Shown here piece by piece: positions 37,814 through 49,000 of a stretch of DNA of 64,000 bases. Position 1 is the stretch's first letter. Every line of letters begins with the position of its first letter. Under the pieces are notes generated by a model. That model had not been told where the DNA came from, did not search any database, and saw nothing but the letters and a program-made list of their open reading frames with translations. The DNA comes from Porphyridium purpureum (lineage: Eukaryota): positions 1,426,001 through 1,490,000 of the forward strand of contig VRMN01000004.1 in assembly GCA_008690995.1 (NCBI GenBank), in the 5' to 3' direction. Both the position numbers and the translations under genes were made by a program.

Positions 37814-39742
37814 CTATAATTCAATAATGTCATTCAGATTCACTTTGGCTCGCTTTGTCCGTGGCGGCCCCTCAGTCTCTTGCCCATCTGCATCCAAAGC
37901 ATGCTTTCTCGACTCCACGGTAGGTCCGCTCCACATTTCAAGACCAGCGTCGTCCTCCGATTTGCGCGCCGAGCTGCCCATATCCAACGTATTCGCCTCG
38001 ACGTGGGCGACGTTTTCCTTCATGCCTCCATCCAAAAGAAAGCCATCCGGAAATGCCCTGGCCTCCTTTTGGCTCACATCAGTAATGCACACCAGGCAGG
38101 AGCGGTTCAAAACCAAATCACTCACTTCCAAGATGCACCCGTTCGAAAAACCAAGTTCAACAAGTCCTTTTTTCAGGTTCGCATCGTACATCTCTTTTTC
38201 AACGTCATCCGCGCCATCGTCCGAGTCAAACAACAAGTCGTTCTTCAGAACCAAGGCGACCGTTTTAGCACAAAGCGCATTCTGTACGACGCGAGTCAGA
38301 AATTCACCGAGTGTGTAATCTGCCAACGGAATCTTCAGAGCCGCATAACCTCGCGAGCAGGTCACGCAAGTAAGATTCGGGGGCTTCGACACCTCATTAT
38401 TGATCAAAAATTGCCTGCCCACCGCCCCCGTCAAGTGACTCGTGACAAATGCCGCTCGGTGACTTTGGCCATACGCAATAGGGTCGCTCAGGATACGCAA
38501 GACTTGCAAGACGACCAAACCGGCCACAATGGCGTTCGTCGTGGCAACGGCATGAACTATATTTCCAGCAATGCCCTTTGCCTTGAATGGACTCACCAGC
38601 TCGACTCCGTACGCGGCCGCGCGCAAGTTGGCTGCCGCTGCAACAAACGCCATCGCCACGGCGTCATCCTTGTCAAAGGATAGTGTTCCGATTTTGTCCG
38701 CGCGATATCTCTTAATAAAGGCAATCACGTCAAGGAACACTCGCGCAGAGTACGCCGTAGACCAGCAATCCTGAACGCTCAAGTCTACACGTCTCGACAC
38801 GCTCTCCCTGGGTGCACTGGCATTGCTCCCACCAAACGAGACCTCTTCTTCTTTAGCAGCTAAACCTTTCACATCAAGTGCGGTTGGAGGTGCTCGCCTG
38901 GTCCATAGATCTTCCATAGAGATCTGAGTTTCAATATCTCTTTGAAACACAGACGCCGCAACGTGTAATGCATACGCCTGGGGTGATTCGTGGCGTGCGT
39001 GATTTCCTTCGTCGGAGCAGGATTCGTGGATCCCTTGGATGTCTGTCAAGACGTTTGATTCGTCCCGTGGTCCAAACAGTAAGCTGTACAGGTATTTGGC
39101 CCATACGATACAGTGCTCTGGTTTGTCTGGTGTCGACCGGATCGTGCACACGGCAAATGTTTTCGGTGGGACCTTTGGTTTGCAATCATAGCACTCTGTC
39201 TTGCCCGGAATGACGACATCGACCTGTCCCTTGTACCCAGTAGAGCCCGACTCCACAAGCGGCACGCCTGCAGCGACGCACATCCTATTCACGTGGCGTC
39301 TGGCGTCCGCATTGTCCAGCGCATTGCATACTACGGTGAATGAGCGATAGAATGACACGTCAAAGCGCGGATCAGTGACATTGGACACGACGCCTTTCAC
39401 TTGGCACGTGCCTGGGCGCATGCTTTGCACCTGCTCCGCAGCCACAATGGACTTGGGCTGTCCGACATGTCGCCGTCGAAAAAGAAACTGTCGGTTGAGA
39501 TTCGACACATCAATCCCGTCCATGTCGACCACCTCCACGCACGTAAAGCCTGTCTGCACCAGATCTTTGAGCAGCTCACACCCGACTCCGCCAGCCCCGA
39601 CCACAAGCAGGCGCGCTGCTTGAACGCGGGGCACCATCTCGGCTCCATAAATGACTGCGAGCGATTTATAACTCTCGGCCAGGGCGCGGGCGCTCGCGCG
39701 ATGCGCACTTGCGAGCGCATCGCGTGCCTGATCTTCTGCCAT
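37814..39742 (-). CDS. UBA2: SUMO-activating enzyme subunit 2
   Basis: VGAGGVGCELLK, SNLNRQFLF, ALDN..ARRHVN, TECYDC, catalytic CTIRSTP, AGNIVHAVATTNA. Confidence 0.95.
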   Translation of the reverse strand: MAEDQARDALASAHRASARALAESYKSLAVIYGAEMVPRVQAARLLVVGAGGVGCELLKDLVQTGFTCVEVVDMDGIDVSNLNRQFLFRRRHVGQPKSIVAAEQVQSMRPGTCQVKGVVSNVTDPRFDVSFYRSFTVVCNALDNADARRHVNRMCVAAGVPLVESGSTGYKGQVDVVIPGKTECYDCKPKVPPKTFAVCTIRSTPDKPEHCIVWAKYLYSLLFGPRDESNVLTDIQGIHESCSDEGNHARHESPQAYALHVAASVFQRDIETQISMEDLWTRRAPPTALDVKGLAAKEEEVSFGGSNASAPRESVSRRVDLSVQDCWSTAYSARVFLDVIAFIKRYRADKIGTLSFDKDDAVAMAFVAAAANLRAAAYGVELVSPFKAKGIAGNIVHAVATTNAIVAGLVVLQVLRILSDPIAYGQSHRAAFVTSHLTGAVGRQFLINNEVSKPPNLTCVTCSRGYAALKIPLADYTLGEFLTRVVQNALCAKTVALVLKNDLLFDSDDGADDVEKEMYDANLKKGLVELGFSNGCILEVSDLVLNRSCLVCITDVSQKEARAFPDGFLLDGGMKENVAHVEANTLDMGSSARKSEDDAGLEMWSGPTVESRKHALDADGQETEGPPRTKRAKVNLNDIIEL

Positions 39743-39900
39743 CTGAGTTGCTCGAAGAGGACAGAGTCCCGAACACTTTTATCGCGCTCTCAGTGGATCT
39801 GCCAAGGGGCCGGTAGAACAAAAGCCTAGCGCCAAGAATTTCCAGAGGTGAGGTCTAGTGAGGAACGGTGATGCGGTGGATAAAGAGGATTTTGTAGGCA

Positions 39901-40422
39901 ATGGACGCGACAGGGAATGAGCAAGGCGGGCTGCTGATCCCGCCAATCAACTTTGGGATGGTCGAGGAAAACCTGTACCGCAGCGGGATGCCGAACGAGC
40001 TCAACTTTCCGTTCCTCGAGCGCCTGAATCTACGCAAAATCATATACCTTGCGCCGGAAGATTTGACGCAGCAGTTTCTCAACTTTGTCGACGACCAAGG
40101 CATCGAGCTGTTGCCCTTGTCGTGGGAGGGCAACAAGTCACCATGGAAGCCTGTCTCTGAAGAGGTCGTACTCACTGCGTTGGACTACATTCTCGACGCG
40201 AATAGCAACTATCCACTTTACATCATGTGCAATCTTGGACGACACCGCACGGGCACCATCGTGGGTTGCTTGAGAAAGCTGCAGCGATGGAACTTGACTG
40301 CCGTGTTCGAGGAGTATCGTCGCTTCGCCGGTCCGAAGGTGCGGCTGCTGAATGAGCAGTTCATTGAATTGTTTGACACCGACCTTGTGCGCGTTCCGCA
40401 AAATCCTCCTGAGTGGTTATGA
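39901..40422 (+). CDS. OCA1: OCA1/SIW14-family (PFA-DSP) phosphatase
   Basis: IPPINFGMVEENLYRSG.P, CX5R motif CNLGRHRTG, LRKLQRWNL, EQFIELFD. Confidence 0.88.
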   Translation: MDATGNEQGGLLIPPINFGMVEENLYRSGMPNELNFPFLERLNLRKIIYLAPEDLTQQFLNFVDDQGIELLPLSWEGNKSPWKPVSEEVVLTALDYILDANSNYPLYIMCNLGRHRTGTIVGCLRKLQRWNLTAVFEEYRRFAGPKVRLLNEQFIELFDTDLVRVPQNPPEWL

Positions 40423-40468
40423 AGAAGCAAGCGTTCTCATGGCAGAGATCCGGCAGCTTTGGCTATGC

Positions 40469-42199
40469 TTACTTCTTCAGAAGCAGGCAGCGTGGATGGT
40501 CCGCGACATAGGTCGCCACGTCCGATGGAGCAGAGCCAAGCAATACAGATATTTCGTCGAGATGCAGTCTACCCGTCAACAAGGATGTGTCAATGCTTGC
40601 ACCTTGCAAGGGCAGTGCCGAGCTGGACGAGTTCGTGCTTATTCGACCGACTTCCTTGTCGTCGCCTGACGCATCGGTCGAATACCCGCCGATCGAGCTT
40701 GCTGGTCCACCTGCCATGTCCTGCGGGACGGCGTTGAATCCCGGAAAGGGAAGGCCCCGCAGGCCCTCGTCACGATCCGTTACCCCCATTACCGTAGCAG
40801 GTGGAGTGGCGGTCATCGTTGCAGCCGCCGTGCGTGCACCATTCGGACTGTGTGAGATGTGCAGTCGGTACGGGCTTTCTACAGATGAATTTCGTTTTCT
40901 ATGCGGAATTGATTTTGCGTAGGAATCGAACCCGTCCGGGCAGACATACAAAGGGTAGTCGTGTATTCTGCGGATCAGCTTGAGCGTAATCCCGAAAGCA
41001 ATCCATCTCCTGGGATCGAATGCAGTCGGAAGTGAATCTCTCACTTTCGGGCTCGACAGCAAATCTGCCACACTCTTGCCGTTTTCCAGCAAGGTGTATA
41101 GTAAAAGCAAACTCAGCTGGTCGGTGTTGGCATATTCGGCAGAGTGAGCTTGGGCCGCGCTGATCTCAGGATCCGAAAGCAGATACGGCGTGGTACCGGT
41201 AGAGAACCGAAAACACCGGTCGCGCAGATCCGAATCTGTCAAAGTGCGCACAAGCATCTCGGTAGGCACGTATTCGTTCTTATACTGGAACAAATCGATG
41301 AGCACGACGACCCCGTCCAACATGCACAGCTCGTGAATTGCCCGCTGGACGATTTGGACGTCCACGTTGGCAACTTCCGCGAGACGCTCAATGTGTCGAA
41401 TTCCATCGATCAGTGGCAGAATCACGCTCAGAGCAAGGTCCGGTTCATGCCATACATTCGGCGTCACGAAATCTAGAAGGCTCCGAAGTGGTAAGGGCAC
41501 CGCGGACCGTGGCACGTCCTGCCAACGCGGGCGCGCTTTGCGGTTGGGCGCGGTTCTGCTTAGCGGCGCTTGCCCGATGTTCGTCGCAGTGGCCTGGTGC
41601 GCGAGCTCCTCGAACACATTATTTTGTGTGTGGCTCTGATTCTCGGCGCCTCGCTGGACGAAAGACGCTAGGAATGGCTGCTGGAACCCATAGCGTTGAC
41701 CTTCAATGCTCAGGAAAAGTTGGTTCGCGGCATCAAGCCGCACAATACACATGTTGTCGGCCTGGATGCCGCTCAAGACATTTGTGCAGAGATTTTGTAG
41801 CTGCTGCTTTCTGGCCGTATCTGAAACGAAGCGGCATTCGATCTCCATTTTCCTGAGCACAAACGACATTTTGCGGACGGCGCTCTGAAAGGCGACGAGG
41901 TGGTTCGAATGGACGGAAAGAGCTTGTGAGTACCCAGACAGCACAAAGCAGGTATTAAATATGAGTCGATTGCGGCGGTATATTTTATCGTCGACGCACG
42001 CGGCCACGCTGAGAAAGACGCGCGCAAATGCGTCGACCGAGAGCACTGTGCCAAACAGCTCTGGCGCGGGCACAAGCAGCGGAGACAGCGCGCCCACTGT
42101 GGCCGCGTCCACCGCGCCTCTCGGCGCCTGACAAGAAATCACGAGCCCGGCGTCATTGTCGAACTCCGAGATCAACACCGCCTCCAATGCCACTGCCAT
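40469..42199 (-). CDS. NPR2: GATOR1 subunit NPR2/NPRL2
   Basis: SEFDN..G..ISCQAP, YRRNRLIFN.CFV, DLAL..ILPLIDGI, IDLFQYKNEY, DPRRWIAFG...LIRRIHDYP, LDEI. Confidence 0.88.
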   Translation of the reverse strand: MAVALEAVLISEFDNDAGLVISCQAPRGAVDAATVGALSPLLVPAPELFGTVLSVDAFARVFLSVAACVDDKIYRRNRLIFNTCFVLSGYSQALSVHSNHLVAFQSAVRKMSFVLRKMEIECRFVSDTARKQQLQNLCTNVLSGIQADNMCIVRLDAANQLFLSIEGQRYGFQQPFLASFVQRGAENQSHTQNNVFEELAHQATATNIGQAPLSRTAPNRKARPRWQDVPRSAVPLPLRSLLDFVTPNVWHEPDLALSVILPLIDGIRHIERLAEVANVDVQIVQRAIHELCMLDGVVVLIDLFQYKNEYVPTEMLVRTLTDSDLRDRCFRFSTGTTPYLLSDPEISAAQAHSAEYANTDQLSLLLLYTLLENGKSVADLLSSPKVRDSLPTAFDPRRWIAFGITLKLIRRIHDYPLYVCPDGFDSYAKSIPHRKRNSSVESPYRLHISHSPNGARTAAATMTATPPATVMGVTDRDEGLRGLPFPGFNAVPQDMAGGPASSIGGYSTDASGDDKEVGRISTNSSSSALPLQGASIDTSLLTGRLHLDEISVLLGSAPSDVATYVADHPRCLLLKK

Positions 42200-42651
42200 C
42201 AATCACACCCAATCCACCCTGGTTCCTCCTCTTCCCCCCTAGTTCCGCCTCCCACTCCACAAGCGATCGCGCCTTGACCTGTGTCCAGTCGCGGTACAGT
42301 CCATTCCATGAATAGTGTACAGTTGCATGTACAGCGCGGGAGAAAAGAAAATCGGCAGGAGGTTCAGTGCTGGAGACATGAGGAGCCAGAGCGGGGTGTG
42401 GCGGCATGGCGGTGGATGGAACGCTCGTGGCTGTGAGGGAGGCGCGATCAGACGGGTATAAGTCACAGCACAGCTCGCGCGAATTGGTGGCGGCCCGGCG
42501 CGATCTGGTGGCTGCGGAGAAGAACGTGTCTGAGTGAGTGGTAGATAAGTCAGATCGGACGATCGGGGGGTCAGAGGTTCTGGACACACCGATAAGGAAA
42601 GCAGCTTGCGGTGACTTGTGACTGGACAGCAAGAGCTGCAAAACAGGGAAA

Positions 42652-43275
42652 ATGGCGCCCAGGACGTACAAGCTGTCATACTTGCCCTTCAAGGGACGCG
42701 CTGAGTCCGTGAGGATCGCGTTTTTCGTCGCTGGTATCGAGTTTGAAGACGAGCGCATCCCGCTCACTGAGTTTGGGGAGCGCAAGAAGGATCTGCCCTT
42801 GGGGCAGTTGCCAGTATTGACGATTGATGGGTCGATCGTGATCACGCAGCAGGTCGCTATACTCGAGTATGTTGGAGCACAGGGCGGGCTCGTGCCGACG
42901 GATCACCTCATCAAGGCCTACAACGACGAGATCATCAACTTGCTTGAAGACCTGACGTACAGGACTTCGGCGACCATCCAGATGCCCGAGGAAAAGAAGA
43001 AGGAAGCGCGTGCGATCCTCAACAACCACACCATTCCAAAGTATGCAAAGGCATTGGACGGAATACTCGCCACGCACGACAAAAAGCATGCGGTGCGCGC
43101 CCAGTTGTCGACGTCTGACATTTTGATCAACCGCGTGGTCGAGCAGTTGGAGTCTGGCATGCTCGACGGAATCTCCAAGGATATTCTCAAGCCGTACGCG
43201 CATATTCAGCGCGTTCAGAAGGCCTTCCTGGAGAATGAGAAGATCAAGCAGTATTTTGCAAAGGTCGCGAAATAA
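42652..43275 (+). CDS. Glutathione S-transferase, sigma-like
   Basis: KLSYLPFKGRAESVR, FEDERI, PLGQLPVL. Confidence 0.92.
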   Translation: MAPRTYKLSYLPFKGRAESVRIAFFVAGIEFEDERIPLTEFGERKKDLPLGQLPVLTIDGSIVITQQVAILEYVGAQGGLVPTDHLIKAYNDEIINLLEDLTYRTSATIQMPEEKKKEARAILNNHTIPKYAKALDGILATHDKKHAVRAQLSTSDILINRVVEQLESGMLDGISKDILKPYAHIQRVQKAFLENEKIKQYFAKVAK

Positions 43276-43334
43276 ATATCAGTCTGTATTAGTCGTTTCG
43301 TAAAGTCAGTGTTCTAGTTGTCGCCTCTTTCGCA

Positions 43335-43820
43335 ATGGCCTTTGCGGTCGGCATTCATGCAGGACTTTGCACCCAGCCGGTCTTGGGGCGCGCACCCGCT
43401 GCGTGCGCGGTGCACGCGCTCCGACAGAGAAACGCTCGAGCAAGTCGCGTAGCAGGGAGGGCAACGAAGCGGCCGCAGGATGGCGAGTCGCCGTCGATTG
43501 AAGACACTTTGGCCGAAGATTTGGCACGGCTGAAAGCAAAACGTGCACGGGAGAAGCAGCAGCAAGGCGCAGCATCAGACCAGGACGAATCAGAGTCAGC
43601 CAGGGCGAGAGCGGCGTCGTTTGTGCAAACCGTGCTGGTTGCAGACTTTTTCGTTGTGCTCGGCTTTTTGGCATGGCTTGCTGTGGCTGTCGTGAAAAAC
43701 GACGACGATCTCTACTCACAGTGGTACGCCCTTTGGACGCCACTGATTCAGCCCGCTCTGGGCGTACTGATGCTCGGTACCATCGTGTCAGGTGTGCTTG
43801 GCATGGGCAAGAAAGCTTAG
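43335..43820 (+). CDS. Plastid-targeted small membrane protein, cyanobacterial-type conserved family
   Basis: MAFAV transit peptide; two hydrophobic segments VLVADFFVVLGFLAW and WYALWTPLIQPALGVLMLG. Confidence 0.75.
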   Translation: MAFAVGIHAGLCTQPVLGRAPAACAVHALRQRNARASRVAGRATKRPQDGESPSIEDTLAEDLARLKAKRAREKQQQGAASDQDESESARARAASFVQTVLVADFFVVLGFLAWLAVAVVKNDDDLYSQWYALWTPLIQPALGVLMLGTIVSGVLGMGKKA

Positions 43821-43943
43821 ATATGGAGTACGGTCGACGGAGTTGAACGAGAGAGAAAAAAGGAGATCCCCGATTTAGTAGCACATCTTCGACCGGATAT
43901 GTAAAAAACACAGCGCTAAGCGTGACAAAACCGCTCCCCGCGC

Positions 43944-45461
43944 TTACGCTTTGCTACTTTTCCTAAACACGCGGACGGGAAGGTAAGTCTGTGCGCCCTT
44001 ATGCTGCTGGAGCTTGGACTGACGCCGAAGTCGAGGTCGCATGGTCAAGGAGTGAAACTCCATAATATCTTCCGGCGGACACGCCAGCTTGAAGTCGTAC
44101 CTCGCGAAAAGCACGGCCAGCACGACCAACGCCTCATGCGTGGCAAAGATCTGCCCAATGCAGTTCCGTGGACCGCTAGAAAACGCCTGCAGTGCATACG
44201 GGTGGCGACCGAGCGAATTTTCTCGCGTCCATCTCAAAGGGTCGAATGCCTCTGGCTTGTACCAATACCTCTCATTCTGATGGATCAAGTACGGCGGAAT
44301 TAGCACTTCAGTGCCCTTCCTCAGCTTTGTTTTGGTGCCTGGTAGCTCGACATCGTCAGTGATCACCCGGTATGTTCCTGTCGCTGTGACTGGCCGCTTA
44401 CGCAAGGTCTCCTTCCATACCATGTTAAGGTAGTCCAGCTGGCGAACCTGGTCAAAGCTCGGCCACGGAAAGCCGTTTTCGCCCTCCTTCAGAACGACTG
44501 TTTCGCACACTTCCTTTTGAATCTGATGCATGATGTCTTGTCGTTGCACAACCTCGTACATGAGCCAGGCCAGCGTATGCGATGTGGTGTCGTGCCCAGC
44601 AAAGAGGAATGTCGAAACCTCGCTCGCGACGTAGTTGTTGTCCATGCCTGGGACCGATAGAAAGATGTCCAGCAAATCGACGGGACGCTCATCACGCGCA
44701 AGCTCACTTTCACTCCTGCGCGCGCGAATCATGTCTAGCACAAACTCGTGTACTTTGTGTGCGGTCTCAAAAAGCGCCGGAGCGGCAAGCTTGCCAAGCC
44801 ACCACGTGTAGCGCGCGTGCACCAAATACTTTGCCGAATGGCGCAGCGCCGCGTCGACAAGACTAGGCAACTCATCCTCACGATTCAAAAAGTCCGTGTT
44901 ACTGCCAAAGGCGCTGCGGCAAATCACGTTGAGCGTAAACTTTGTGATCTCAGCGTCAAAGTCAAGCACAGATCCTTCATCCGCGGCCCTGTCCAAGATC
45001 TGCACAAAGGAGGCCATGGTAGCCTCAATGTGCAGATGCAAGTCCTTCATAAAATCCTGATTAAATCGCGCAGCAATCGCGCGCCTTTGTGCCTTGTGTC
45101 GATTGTTGTCAATTAGCAGCAACCCGTCACCCAGAAATGGCGACAAGCCAGATACAAAGCCGTCGGACTTGGGGAAGTTCATCTCTGCGGTCACAAAGCG
45201 CACGTCGTCTGCGTTGCTCAGCACAATCACTCGCGTTTGCAGCAACCAGACCTGAAAAACCTCTCCATACTCACGCTGCCGCGCAAGCAGCCAAGCCGGA
45301 AAGCCTCCCTTTGGAACATACTTCACATTTCCGTACAAGTAAGAGTCTGGCGCCGGGCCGGGAAAGTTGCGGAACACAATTTTCGGCAGCACAAACACCA
45401 ATAATACCAGCATGCCGACGACCAATGCCGCCAGTCCCAAGATCTCTGTGTACACATTCAT
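43944..45461 (-). CDS. Cytochrome P450
   Basis: N-terminal membrane anchor, AGHDTT, ETLR, FDPLRW, heme motif FSSGPRNCIG. Confidence 0.95.
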   Translation of the reverse strand: MNVYTEILGLAALVVGMLVLLVFVLPKIVFRNFPGPAPDSYLYGNVKYVPKGGFPAWLLARQREYGEVFQVWLLQTRVIVLSNADDVRFVTAEMNFPKSDGFVSGLSPFLGDGLLLIDNNRHKAQRRAIAARFNQDFMKDLHLHIEATMASFVQILDRAADEGSVLDFDAEITKFTLNVICRSAFGSNTDFLNREDELPSLVDAALRHSAKYLVHARYTWWLGKLAAPALFETAHKVHEFVLDMIRARRSESELARDERPVDLLDIFLSVPGMDNNYVASEVSTFLFAGHDTTSHTLAWLMYEVVQRQDIMHQIQKEVCETVVLKEGENGFPWPSFDQVRQLDYLNMVWKETLRKRPVTATGTYRVITDDVELPGTKTKLRKGTEVLIPPYLIHQNERYWYKPEAFDPLRWTRENSLGRHPYALQAFSSGPRNCIGQIFATHEALVVLAVLFARYDFKLACPPEDIMEFHSLTMRPRLRRQSKLQQHKGAQTYLPVRVFRKSSKA

Positions 45462-46002
45462 GGCGGCTCGTCTGATTCTTCCACAATCTGCGTCTCACGT
45501 CAGTTCTCTGTTGTCTGTCGTCTGTCGTCTCCCGCAGCGTGGCTGCGTCTCGCTTTCCAGTCACAAGCACAGCGGTCGTTCTCACGCCAAGTTATCAATC
45601 GGTTTCAAAACTTTCGCCGATAACAACAGTCTCTGAGTAAATGGGGTTGTTCTTACAGGAATGAAAAGATGAACCGAATGAACCGAGAAGCGCGGTCGAT
45701 GGGAAGCGGCTACACGAGGAGTCGAGAGGGCGAGAGTGCGACTGAGGGAACGGGGGGGAAACGGGGAGAGCGAGGAAGCGTGGTGGTGGCAAGTGTATGG
45801 GAGCGTGGTTGGTGGCGGCTGCACAGACTCTTGGCTTCTCCGTGTGCACGTGCTTGCGCGTGCGTAAGCTTGGGTTCGGACTCTGAGCGAGGACACCGCA
45901 GGTTCTGGGGAGCCTTTGTTTTTGGGCTTCGTCGTGCTCGTTTGTTTGGCCTGGACTGGAGACTGGGCCTGTTTGTCGGGGTTTCTGCGTGGCAGGGAAG
46001 AT

Positions 46003-49000
46003 ATGGCGTCTGGGAATGATGAGGAGGCGTACGAAGAAGATATGATGGAGAGTGAGGATGACTTGCAGGATCGCATCCTGGCCGGCATGGACGAAGAGAG
46101 TACTGAGAGTTACAGTGACAGTGAGGGCGACAGTGAGAGTGAAGGTATTTTCGGAGATGGACATCTGGACAGGGAAGTAGAGCTCGAGCATCATTATCAC
46201 CATCATCACGAGAGCGACGAAGAGGATGGAGAGTCAGAAGACGAACAAGACGACCCTGACGACGAGGAAGATGAAGATGAAGATGATGAGGACGATGCCG
46301 AGTCCGATGAAATGCACCACTCGGGTGTGGACGACTCGGACGAAGATGATGACGAATTCAATGAAAGTTTTCGATTAGTTTTCGATCTGGATCGCATGGA
46401 CCGCGACGAGCTTTTAGACATGGACATGGACGCGTCTGACGGCGGCGAGGATTTCCGTGGCCTCATATCGCGCAGATTCGCGCTGAGAGAAAATGTCGGC
46501 GGGTATGGCGACACGGATCTCATGGATGCTCATGCGCATGATGCTCGACCTCGCGCCCGCTACGGTGCCAGTGTGTCAGAGCGCACAGAGCTGGAGGACG
46601 ACTCTGCGTATGAAGTCACTCTGGACGCTCGCCGTGGCTTCTTGTTGAATTCGGCTACCAGCTCGTCGCATGCGAACGCACGAGCGGCGACAGCACTGCT
46701 GAATATCCCGCAGCAGGCATGGATGTCTCTTGCAATTGGAATCTTCCAGTCGCTCGGCGATTCACCCGGCATACCTACACCCTTTGGCGTCGATCCTATG
46801 CAACGTGCATTTCGTTTTGACTTCACACCCGATACGTTGACAGGTCACAAAACCGGGCTCTGCCAGCAACTGCATCAGCAAGATCAGAATCAAAACACCG
46901 CAGATCATGAGGGCGCTGGGTCATCACAATCATCTGCTGGCGCGCACGCGGTACCCGCAGCAGCAGTACCTGAATTATCAGCAACGTCAGCGGTACAAAG
47001 CAAAACAAACACTGCAACAACGATAACGGCGGTACCTGCACCAATCGTGTATGTGACAAAACCGAGCGAAGCAATTGAGCTTTTGTTTCGATCGGGTGCC
47101 ATGGACGATCTTTCTGTCTCTGGAAAGGCGCCTTTGAAACTGGGGGCATCCGCTTCTGCGAACGATGGTCACATGCACACAAAAGCGAGTACAAGCAATC
47201 GTCGTGGTCGGGGCACGGCCGGCACAGCCTGCTCGATAGCGAATGAGACGCGCCATGCATCGAAGGCCTCATTTCAAACGGCAGGAGCGGACAGCGCGGC
47301 TGCTGCCCGCACGTCATCTCTGCTGGCGAATGCCTTGGTTCTTGAATCGCTCGGGTTCAATGCGCAAGACTGTGCTTACGTGAAAAGCCTTCTTGACGTG
47401 TGCCCGAAAGAAAAGGACGAGCACCGATCCGTGGAGAGCGATAAGCGTCATGCCTCGACCAACGATAAAGAAAAAGACAAGGATCGGGACGCTTCGCAGT
47501 CAGGAAACGCGTATTTTGGAAAGTGCGTTGCCGAGCTGGATCGGTGGGGAAGCCTGAGTATGATGCGCGTTTTCCCTGCCCAGCGGGCAGGTGAGCGGAG
47601 TAGTTCGGGTATCACTTCGGCTTTCAAGACCATTCCGGGCTGGAGCGCACGCGAGCTGAGACTTTCTTTTCACCATCTCGCTAACAATTCCCTCCGCGGC
47701 GTGACAAGGGAAGAAATAGACGCCTGGCTGATGCCTTTCGAAAACCATCATGCTCTGGACGAAATAACAACCAGTGGCTTCGCTGGCGCAGGATCTAGCG
47801 CTCGACGAGGAGCCGGACGGTTCAGGAGCTACGCCGTCAATCCATCCACTACGTATACGTCTGCCGCGGCGTCGCAGAATATTCGCAAGGGAGTGCGGCC
47901 TCCTGTGCTCCACCCGTTGCTCTCGCCGCCCTTCCCTTCCAGTGTCTGTAGGGATGCTGCCGGGACCGAAGCAAGAGCGTCCGAGTGCGGTGCAGGGTCG
48001 GCCCTGTCAAAGCCAGACAAACTTCGCATGGCATTGGACGCACTCGAAAAGAAAGTTATGGATGCACGATTCGAAGCGCTTCGCAGTCTACAGCGCATCA
48101 TCGCGAGTCATGGAGCGACAAACCCGACGTCTGATGTCAAAGGCAAGCAGCGCCAGTCTCAGGCTCCGCCGCACATGAAGCACACGGGGGAACAGTCGTG
48201 GATGCCTGGAATGCGGAAAGATGTACACGCCTTTGCGAATACGTTCCTTAGCATGCCTCAAAGTTCACAGGAAAAGCTGATAGGCGGCAGCGAGGGAGTC
48301 CGCGTAGGTTTCGGTTTTCCTCATGGTGCAAACGCATTCACTCATACAATTTCCCCTGCGGCGTTCGCAGGGTCGTACTCAAGTCGTTTCTTGTTAAGGG
48401 AGCGGGAGAAGGATGTTCCGGTAGGAGTCCATGATCGTTGGAGCATGGATCCGCAGGGCCAGGGAGGCGACGAGTTACTTGCGCTGCGTAGTCATGCGCT
48501 AGATGCTGCGGCAGGTTTGGCCGAGACGGGGATGGATTTACGCCATCGCCTGGCAAATGCAAGTGGTACGGATTTGAACATGAGGGACCGCTTGTGTCTG
48601 CGCGCGTGCGGGCGCGCTCAAGGGTTTCCGTCTGGAAGTAGTTTAGCATTGCCGGGCGCACCTCATTTGATCGGACTCGGGGCGGGCACGGCGCCTGTGG
48701 CTCCCGCTGCGCCAACCACAATTCCAAACGCTGGGCTTTCTTCCCCTCAGGAAGCGCTGCTCGTGGCCATTTCTGTCCTCTTGGAAGGTGTGAATGCGGC
48801 GGAGCAGCAGATATTTGACAGTGAATCCACAAGGGCTGCAGATTCAGCCGTGGCTGAAGTGAAAGGTATCGCCGAGGGCTCCGAGAGTCCGGGCACATTG
48901 GCGGAGGTAGGCAAAACCGAGAACTTGAGCGAGATGATGAGTGATGGCTCTCCAGCTCAAACTGTCCTTGACGATCGGCGTACCGAGCAGCTGGCGGAAG